Source: Blastocatellia bacterium (GTDB lineage: Bacteria; Acidobacteriota; Blastocatellia; DASRDY01). From it: DNA of 64,000 nucleotides. Where the stretch lies: positions 24,300-88,299 of the forward strand of contig DASRDY010000285.1 in NCBI GenBank assembly GCA_035652355.1, in the 5' to 3' direction. Shown piece after piece: positions 57,990 to 64,000 of this stretch (positions are counted from its first letter, which is position 1; each line of letters opens with the position of its first letter). A model generated the notes under the pieces. It searched no databases. It was not told the origin of the DNA and saw only the letters and a list, made by a program, of their open reading frames with translations. Position numbers and translations under genes: made by a program.

Positions 57990-58515
57990 TTTCTTCCTCC
58001 TTTAACGTCTTGCGGCTCGCCAGCGACGATTCGATGTGAGCCAGCTTTTCCGATCGATTTTTTAACCTGTTATCTATTTTCTTCAGATAACGGTAAGCCT
58101 GAATACAAATATATCGCTCTTTGCCTCTTCTCGCGTGGTGGCATAACCCTCCGTCTCGGATATTCCTTTGAAGCGCTTTGAATTCCGGAATATGCTCATC
58201 ATTCAATTTCAAAATAATCCGCGCGGTTAGCAGCACGGATGCGCGCCGCTTTGCCGAGATGTAGAGTTTCCAATCCGGATGTTTCTGAGACATATAACCG
58301 GTCCGCTTTTCGTAGCTCACCTTTGCCAGCTTCCACGCGGATACGGCCGTTGCTCTACGAGAGTTTCGGTTTACGAACGACTTTCCGTCAGGAGATACGT
58401 AGGCGATGTTTTCAAATGTTTCTCTGACTAAATTCTGATTTTTCAGCCTGTGAATCTCTTCCGATTGTTTACTGACGTAATATTGAAAAACCTGTGTTAT
58501 TGATACCATTGTCAT
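57982..58515 (-). CDS. Hypothetical 177-aa Lys/Arg-rich protein
   Basis: AAAGGA RBS lies before ATG 58515. No family is recognised. The gene is translationally coupled to the PTH2-like frame. Confidence 0.6.
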   Translation of the reverse strand: MTMVSITQVFQYYVSKQSEEIHRLKNQNLVRETFENIAYVSPDGKSFVNRNSRRATAVSAWKLAKVSYEKRTGYMSQKHPDWKLYISAKRRASVLLTARIILKLNDEHIPEFKALQRNIRDGGLCHHARRGKERYICIQAYRYLKKIDNRLKNRSEKLAHIESSLASRKTLKEEENG

Positions 58516-58786
58516 GTCCTTTCATATCAATTCGGCCAATTACTTACCTGATTTGTCGATCAGGCCGTTAAAGACACGGCAATGGCGGTCAAGGTGGACG
58601 AGCTACCTACAACATATCTTCCTCCAATGGGATTGAGTTAACCGCTGGACGGACACCACTGACGATCAATCCTGAGGCGCACAGGATTGCGACGGGACAA
58701 TTAAACTTCTGAAGGTAAAATCGAACTCGATTGTCAGCGGGTATGCGAGTTGGGATCTACGTGAAGACCATAATAATAATTCCAGA

Positions 58787-58858
58787 TGCGCCCTGTGGGA
58801 TTCGAACCCACACCCTGGCGCTTTAGAGACGCTTGCTCAACCATTGAGCTTAGGGCGC
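58787..58858 (-). tRNA. tRNA with anticodon CUA (amber/UAG-reading suppressor type); amino-acid identity undetermined
   Basis: The reverse complement is GCGCCCU-AA-GCUC-AAUGGUU-GAGC-A-AGCGU-CUCUAAA-GCGCC-AGGGU-GUGGG-UUCGAAU-CCCAC-AGGGCGC-A. All four stems pair, with one A.C and one U.G in the anticodon stem. G18G19, U33, A37, the T-loop UUCGAAU and the G53-C61 pair are present, and the 5-nt variable loop makes it class I. Atypical features are A8 and U21. CCA is not encoded. Confidence 0.8.
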
Positions 58859-58869
58859 TAAACAAAAAG

Positions 58870-58899
58870 AGTATAAGCGACAAATCCGGCCGGAATCAA
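58870..58899 (-). promoter_or_regulatory. Sigma70-like promoter for the CUA tRNA
   Basis: On the minus strand, TTGATT (58899-94) - 18 nt - TATACT (58875-70). The -10 element ends 11 nt before tRNA position 1. Confidence 0.5.
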
Positions 58900-58983
58900 G
58901 GAAATGATTTTCGTCAGGTTCGGCGGGCAAACGAAAGTCAGGCAGACCGGGAACAGCAGCTGTGATGTGACGTCACCTGGCTG

Positions 58984-59184
58984 TTATATCTGATGAGCGT
59001 AAATCTGCTCGTCGTTCAATATATTTGCCTGCCTAAAATAATTGAAGCATTCGCGAAGACTCCATTCAGGATTGTTATCCTGTATCTTCGCAACCTGGCT
59101 CAGTTCATTCCGTTTGTGCTCAGTCAGGGCTTCGAATGAATCGAATGTTGATTCGCAAAGGTGACAACGATATATGTAAGCCAT
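58984..59184 (-). CDS. Hypothetical 66-aa protein with a CxxC...H zinc-ribbon-like N-terminus
   Basis: A strong AGGAGG RBS lies 6 nt before the ATG. The N-terminus is YRCHLCESTFDSFEALTEHKR. No family is recognised. Confidence 0.55.
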   Translation of the reverse strand: MAYIYRCHLCESTFDSFEALTEHKRNELSQVAKIQDNNPEWSLRECFNYFRQANILNDEQIYAHQI

Positions 59185-59290
59185 ATCCAGCCTCCTGGCT
59201 CCGACAATCTCTGTATAAGAGAAATGCTCTAATCCCTGTCTTTTTTATCGTCGTTAGCCGGGGTGGCCTTTAAGAAAATAGGGGCCTAAA

Positions 59291-60346
59291 TCAAGGGACG
59301 CTGGTTAATTGATTTTGCTGGTGTTGCCGTATTTGCTGACGATATTGGGCAACCGCGCGGTTGTGTTCATCGATTGACCTCGAAAAGTGATGGCTGCCGT
59401 CGACGCCGGTCGCCACAAAATAGTAAAAGTCGGTCTCTGCAGGGTATAGAGCGGCTTCGAGTGACCGTCGTCCGGGCGAGGCTATCGGACCTGGTGGCAA
59501 TCCCTGAGTAACGTAAGTATTGTACGGAGATCTCCGAGTGCGATGACGCGGATTATTCACATTGCCATCGTAATCATTTGCCAGAATAGCCGCATAAATA
59601 AACGTCGGATCGGTTTCAAGGAGCATATTCTTTTTAAGTCGATTATAGAAGACAGAGGCAATTACCGGTCGCTCATCAGGGTTTTTAGCTTCCTTTTCGA
59701 TGATTGATGCCATGGTGACGATGTTGTGAATCGAGCTAATCTGATTCGCTCTTTCCCGCCATCCGACATTAAATACAGATCGGAATCTTTCGGTCATCTG
59801 CTTTACCAGTTCCTGTGGAGTGGTCTCGTAAGTATAAGTATAAGTATCTGGAAACAAATAGCCTTCCAGATCGCGAGCTTCGGGATCCAGATCCGAAATT
59901 AATGAAGGATCTGCTGTAAGCGCCAGGAATGTCGTCGCATCCGCCTTTCCCGTCTCTGCCAGGCGGTTAGCAATATCGAATCTATTATAACCTTCCGGGA
60001 TGGTAACGTGGTATTGGACCACTTCTCCTCGCTCCATTTTACCTATAGCTTCGATGGGAGTTATGGGCGACTGGAAGCGATATTCTCCGGCTTTGATAGC
60101 TTTGCCGTAATGTAATTTAGTATATAAAAGAACTGGAACTCGGGATGATATGATACCAGCATCATATAGGCGGTCAATTATTGCGCGAGTCCCCAAACCA
60201 CGGTCGATAATAACGCTTTTGTCTGCTGGCTGATGCACAAGAGGTGTGCGCAGTTCGTAAAAAGTCCAGACAGCGAATGACGCGATCAATACTACCAGTA
60301 TTCCTAACCCTGCAAGCAGTTTCTTCCTGTTGCGTCTTCTTCGCAT
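59291..60346 (-). CDS. mltG: Endolytic murein transglycosylase MltG (YceG-like)
   Basis: An N-terminal TM segment (LLAGLGILVVLIASFAVWTF) is followed by the YceG pattern (IPEGYNRFDIANRL, EGYLFPDTYTY, ASIIEKEA, NTYVTQGLPPGPIASPG). The start is placed at Met86 of the listed ORF, because the longer ORF overlaps ruvX by 157 nt. The start remains uncertain. Confidence 0.8.
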   Translation of the reverse strand: MRRRRNRKKLLAGLGILVVLIASFAVWTFYELRTPLVHQPADKSVIIDRGLGTRAIIDRLYDAGIISSRVPVLLYTKLHYGKAIKAGEYRFQSPITPIEAIGKMERGEVVQYHVTIPEGYNRFDIANRLAETGKADATTFLALTADPSLISDLDPEARDLEGYLFPDTYTYTYETTPQELVKQMTERFRSVFNVGWRERANQISSIHNIVTMASIIEKEAKNPDERPVIASVFYNRLKKNMLLETDPTFIYAAILANDYDGNVNNPRHRTRRSPYNTYVTQGLPPGPIASPGRRSLEAALYPAETDFYYFVATGVDGSHHFSRSIDEHNRAVAQYRQQIRQHQQNQLTSVP

Positions 60347-60444
60347 TGTGTTGACGGGCACTCCCAATATAGTTTCCGGCGCCGATGCGCCGGCAGGTGG
60401 ACCATTCCTCTTTTCATCGCCCTCTCCTGAGCTCTTGTTCGGTT

Positions 60445-60873
60445 CTATGTCCGATTCTGAAGACGGTCTTGCCTGGACAAATAATCTTCTAGCAGGATCA
60501 CCGCCGCCCATTCGTCCGACCTGGCCTTTCGCTCGTCGCGAGTATAGCCGCGTTCGAGCAGTATCTGGTCCGCTTCGCGCGATGTCAGTCGTTCGTCGCA
60601 AAGCTCGATCGGTACATCAACCAGCGCCCGAAGCCCGTCGGCAAATTCGCGAACGCGTCTGACCGCTGGTCCTTCGCTTCCGTCCATATTCAGCGGTAAT
60701 CCTATAACGATCTGTCTGGCGCCAAGTTCCTTTGAAAGCTCCGCAGCCCGGTGCAAAGCTTCTGACCGGTTTCGTCCGCCGATAGTCTCGACGGGTCGAA
60801 CGGTGATGCCCATCTCGTCACAAACGGCTACGCCCGTGCGTCTCGTCCCGCAGTCCAGCGCCATCACTCGCAT
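60445..60873 (-). CDS. ruvX: Holliday-junction resolvase-like / pre-16S rRNA nuclease RuvX (YqgF)
   Basis: MRVMALDCGTRRTGVAVCD and DERLTS motifs are present in a 142-aa protein. It sits next to mltG, as in many bacteria. Confidence 0.85.
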   Translation of the reverse strand: MRVMALDCGTRRTGVAVCDEMGITVRPVETIGGRNRSEALHRAAELSKELGARQIVIGLPLNMDGSEGPAVRRVREFADGLRALVDVPIELCDERLTSREADQILLERGYTRDERKARSDEWAAVILLEDYLSRQDRLQNRT

Positions 60874-61061
60874 AAGGCCACCCAGTATAGTTTCACGGTG
60901 AAATGGGTGTCAACTTAACCCAGAGAAGCAGCATCGGTGGAGGTGTTTTGGTAACGTAAGGCTGATCGACAAAAGGATTATATGTCAGGAGGCCGGCAAA
61001 GTAGCCAATGAAGACGGCTGTACCGACCTTCTCAAATGGAGTCCTGAAATTTGTTGACTGT

Positions 61062-62345
61062 TTAATCCGCCAGCAACTGCAGCGATTGATCCAACAACTT
61101 CGGTATGTCGTTGAGGATCTTGGCTGCGCTCTTTGGTTGCAAATTGACAAAGCGAGCCGCCGGGTGGGCGGCCAGATCTTCCGGGCGTATTTTGGTGAGA
61201 GCCTCTTCCAACTCTGCCCTTGGACGATTTAGTGAGTAAGTCGCCAGGGTGTCCGACAGGGCCGCGATGGCCACGTATTCGCGTTCGGTTGCGGCGACTT
61301 CCAGGTTGTGGTGGTTTGCCATGGATTCCACCACAGCTTCGGGTAAGCGCCAGTTGCTGCCGACTGAACGACCGACACCCTGATGATAAACCTTGACGAT
61401 CTCGGCCGCGCTCTCTTCAAGAGCCGGATCGCGCACGGCGCCATGGCCGAGAACGTCCTGAATCAGGGTGTACAGAACGCTCATCCCAAAATCCATCAGC
61501 AATCCGCACAGGAAAGCCAGATTGCCGTCAAGACCACCTGCTCTATTCGCTACCGAGCCGGCAAATGCAGCCGTAACAAGAGAGTGCGTCCACAGGCTCT
61601 TCCTGTTTGCCGCAAAGATGTCCCTGCCAGGTTGGCGCGCGCCCAGCGACGCTGCCAATGAAATGTTTACTACCTGATCTGTTCCCAACCGCTGCACGGC
61701 GCTCGGCAAAGTCTTTACTTCTTGTTCGTAATTGTGCAGGGCAGAGTTAGCATAACGCATGATCATCGCGACTATCGCAGGATCAGTAACGACTGTATCG
61801 GTGAGCTCGTCCATCGAGAAATTTTCGTCACGAGTCAGCTTCAGCAGCTTGGCGGTTACCTCGGGCATCGGAGGAACTTTGAAATCTTCTCTGAGCAAAC
61901 GATCCGCAACTTTGAGGCGTAGGGTGTCGGCAAGAGTAAGGGTGGTATTGGGAGCGTTTACCTCCATCCAATTACTAAGAGTCGGTTCTGAACGTTCCTC
62001 ATCATTAGAAGCCTCAGTTGGCTGCGATACCCCGATAATGTCCAGCAGCAGGAACTCAACCGGCAAATTGAGATTGGTTGAGGCGACTTTCTGCGGAAGT
62101 TTACTGTCTCTGAATTCGAATTGTCCCCACCGCCAGCGGACTGCCTCTGTCAGCATTACGCGGATGCTGTTGGCACTGTCCGAATCCGTCAGGTCAAACG
62201 CCGTGGCCGCGATTTTGCCCGCGGAGAAAAAGATGGCAAGGCGGTTGGGGGAGTGCTCGACCGTAAGCTCACCCGTGCGTTCAGTCAGCGCAACCCATTG
62301 TATTATGTCGAGAAGCGGGAACGTGTATATTTCGCCCTGAATCAT
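61062..62345 (-). CDS. HDOD-domain signalling protein with N-terminal DUF4388-like domain
   Basis: The N-terminus GEIYTFPLLDIIQWVALTERTGELTVEH is DUF4388/PATAN-like. The HDOD pattern is PPMPEVTAKLLKLTRDENFSMDELTDTVVTDPAIVAMIMRYANSALH. Confidence 0.7.
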   Translation of the reverse strand: MIQGEIYTFPLLDIIQWVALTERTGELTVEHSPNRLAIFFSAGKIAATAFDLTDSDSANSIRVMLTEAVRWRWGQFEFRDSKLPQKVASTNLNLPVEFLLLDIIGVSQPTEASNDEERSEPTLSNWMEVNAPNTTLTLADTLRLKVADRLLREDFKVPPMPEVTAKLLKLTRDENFSMDELTDTVVTDPAIVAMIMRYANSALHNYEQEVKTLPSAVQRLGTDQVVNISLAASLGARQPGRDIFAANRKSLWTHSLVTAAFAGSVANRAGGLDGNLAFLCGLLMDFGMSVLYTLIQDVLGHGAVRDPALEESAAEIVKVYHQGVGRSVGSNWRLPEAVVESMANHHNLEVAATEREYVAIAALSDTLATYSLNRPRAELEEALTKIRPEDLAAHPAARFVNLQPKSAAKILNDIPKLLDQSLQLLAD

Positions 62346-62704
62346 GAACTATTTCTCTTTCAACTTCTCTTCAGCAGGCATTTAAACCCGTGACAGGGAA
62401 GACGGTTAAAACTTATGTTTTTGCTCCATCAATATATAACGACAAATGGTACACTTTTGATTAGTTATTTCAGTAGGTACAAATGTGACTTTTTCGACAC
62501 GGCTGGACCGGACAGCTTGCCAGTGTTTGCGTCCAGCGAAACGCGTAAATCCTCAAACATTATTCTTTTGCAGAGCTTCCAGCCGTGATGTATTATCTGG
62601 TAGTTCACATGATTTTTGCCTGAAAAGAGACTTGTGTCTCTGCCGCCTTCGCCAAAGACTGACCGCGACGTCGGAATTGAGCGCAGTCCCAAGGAGTTTG
62701 TCGG

Positions 62705-63976
62705 ATGTCAACCAGGAGCAAGGTATTTGTTATCGCCTTCTCGACTATAGTCGTTTTTTACACCGTCGTCGGCGGAATCCTTTCCCACGCAATGGCTTTG
62801 GACAGCAAGGACAACAAATATGTCCAGATGACCATCTTCGATGCTGTCTTGCGCCACGTTGTGCGGGACTATGTTGACGAGCCTGATCTGGAAAAAGTAC
62901 GTATGGGAGCCCTTAGAGGATTGGCGGATGGCCTGGATCCATACAGTGCTTATCTGACTGCCCAACAGGTTGCGGATTATAACGCAGGCAAAAAGGCTAC
63001 TGGCGAAACGGGTATGACAGTGTCCAAGGTGGGCGGCTTCGGCTATGTTGTAGCCGTTCAAAAAGGCTCGCCGGCAGATACCCTGGGCATTCAGCCAGGC
63101 GATTTCATTGAGTATGTGGGCAAGAACGCTACACGCGACATCAGTCTTTATGATTTGATGGGACAGTTGAACGGCGCGCCTGGAACAGAGGTTGATATTT
63201 CGATCGTTCGACAGGGCAAGCCGCAAAAGCTAAAAGTCAAGCGTGCGACGCTTTCGGCTGCCGCGACAGAAACCAGAACTGAAGCAGGCAACACGGGCTA
63301 CATTCACATCACCGATCTTTCCACGGGTAAAGCGGACGAAGTCAAAGCCAAGATCAATGCGCTGAAATCGAGCGGCGCTAAACGCTATGTCCTGGACCTG
63401 CGCGGTGCGGCTTCGGGCGATCTGGCTGAGGCGGTCAAAGTTGCTAACTTCTTCGTACCGAGTGGAACGTTGGCCAAGAAGATCGGCCACAACAATGAAG
63501 AAAAGGAAACGTTTACAGCGACTGCGACCAATGCCATTGTCACCGACGCTCCGGTTGTTGTGATCATTGATCGCACGACGGCTGGACCGGCAGAGGCGAT
63601 TGCTTCCGCAATTCTGGAAAACAAGCGCGGCGAAGTTGTCGGCGAGAAATCATTCGGTGCGGGATCGCAGCAGGAACTGTTCCCGCTTCACGACGGCGGT
63701 GGAATGCTGCTGACAACGATCAGGTACGCTTCACCATCAGGTAAAGCTTTTATGGATGGCGGAGTGACTCCTTCGGACGAGATCAAGAGGGATGAGAACG
63801 CTGACCTGGCCGTGCCCGATGTTGATGGCAGCGACGGCAGCACCGATCAGGCTAATCCCGCGACAGGCGATCAGAAGCCAATGCAAAAGAAAGCAGAGCC
63901 ACAGGAAGACAAGCTGCTGAAGCGCGCAATGGAAATACTGAATGGTGCGCCGAAGGCCCAGAAAAAAGCGGCCTAG
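62705..63976 (+). CDS. S41 (C-terminal processing peptidase) family homologue with PDZ domain; the catalytic Ser/Lys dyad appears substituted
   Basis: AAGGAG RBS and an N-terminal anchor are present. The PDZ pattern is KGSPADTLGIQPGDFIEYVG. The S41 core reads VVIIDRTTAGPAEAIASAILENKRGEVVGEKSFGAGSQQ where the family has SASASE...TFGKGxVQ. Confidence 0.75.
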   Translation: MSTRSKVFVIAFSTIVVFYTVVGGILSHAMALDSKDNKYVQMTIFDAVLRHVVRDYVDEPDLEKVRMGALRGLADGLDPYSAYLTAQQVADYNAGKKATGETGMTVSKVGGFGYVVAVQKGSPADTLGIQPGDFIEYVGKNATRDISLYDLMGQLNGAPGTEVDISIVRQGKPQKLKVKRATLSAAATETRTEAGNTGYIHITDLSTGKADEVKAKINALKSSGAKRYVLDLRGAASGDLAEAVKVANFFVPSGTLAKKIGHNNEEKETFTATATNAIVTDAPVVVIIDRTTAGPAEAIASAILENKRGEVVGEKSFGAGSQQELFPLHDGGGMLLTTIRYASPSGKAFMDGGVTPSDEIKRDENADLAVPDVDGSDGSTDQANPATGDQKPMQKKAEPQEDKLLKRAMEILNGAPKAQKKAA

Positions 63977-64000
63977 GATTTTTATAGATTCATCCGATCT

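Noticed and set aside
58589-58771. A 60-codon minus-strand frame directly downstream of the tRNA that is open only if two TAG codons are read as sense (MVFT-TAG-IPTRIPADNRVRFYLQKFNCPVAILCASGLIVSGVRPAVNSIPLEEDML-TAG-VARPP, stop TGA).
   Set aside because: It is tempting given the adjacent CUA tRNA. But it has no RBS and no family resemblance, and a 60-codon gap between TAA/TGA stops is easily reached by chance. It is not reported as a gene.
58787-58858. Alternative readings of the tRNA: a + strand tRNA-Leu(UAG), tRNA-Pyl, or tRNA-Arg(UCU)/Lys(CUU) with a shifted loop.
   Set aside because: Only the minus strand gives a 3'-proximal GUGGG-UUCGAAU-CCCAC T arm. Other anticodon-stem registers do not pair, so the loop CUCUAAA and the anticodon CUA are fixed. 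The D loop (7 nt with GG), the 5-nt variable loop and the 5-bp anticodon stem are canonical rather than Pyl-like, and no pyl genes are present. Descent from an Arg or Lys tRNA remains possible but does not change the anticodon.
60346-60601. An 85-codon N-terminal extension of the MltG ORF overlapping ruvX by 157 nt.
   Set aside because: The extension is Arg/Gly/Pro-rich with no family similarity, whereas MltG proteins begin shortly before the single TM helix. The overlap with the well-supported ruvX frame argues for the internal Met, though an intermediate start cannot be excluded.
60893-62877. Small ORFs 60893..61150 (-), 61008..61232 (+), 61759..62340 (+, 193 aa) and 62485..62877 (+).
   Set aside because: They are antisense to or overlap the HDOD gene or the S41 gene start, their products are Ser/Arg-rich or Cys-rich with no motifs, and the intergenic ones lack RBS signals.

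Overview
This is a 64-kb bacterial chromosomal segment, roughly 50% G+C by eye. ADOP-like orphan MacB/FtsX permeases, very large repeat-rich secreted proteins and a pilB-pilT-pilC cluster suggest an Acidobacteriota-like soil bacterium; that is inference only. Backbone genes I can support: mnmA, a DinG/XPD-like helicase, an MscS-family channel, a fused E1/E2 Kgd/OdhA-type 2-oxoglutarate dehydrogenase, plsC, a small HD (SpoT-like) hydrolase, hutH, a LysA-like PLP decarboxylase, an M19 dipeptidase, pilBTC, a GAF/fRMsr-like protein, truA, mltG, ruvX, an HDOD protein and an S41-peptidase homologue. Accessory content: HicB with a frameshifted HicA; an orphan CbbQ/NorQ AAA+ gene and a 1035-aa VWA (CbbO/NorD-like) gene separated by a 29-bp-stem hairpin; a methyltransferase / Nif11-domain / sulfotransferase operon; a GNAT - small ORF - GNAT trio; three tandem phage-tail-collar paralogues with no other phage genes; a 3253-aa FG-GAP / beta-helix / 9 x ~127-aa repeat / C25-peptidase protein; and a PqqD-like domain fused to a Tat-like anchor and a six-Cys knottin-pattern tail. 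The observation I rate highest is absent from the ORF track. At 57.6-58.9 kb a well-formed tRNA with anticodon CUA (reads UAG) has its own sigma70-like promoter. It lies upstream of, and co-oriented with, a two-gene operon whose second gene is a PTH2-type peptidyl-tRNA hydrolase homologue that is continuous across a single in-frame TAG. I saw no CRISPR array, rRNA, transposase or integrase. All family assignments rest on motif recognition by eye; no searches were run.
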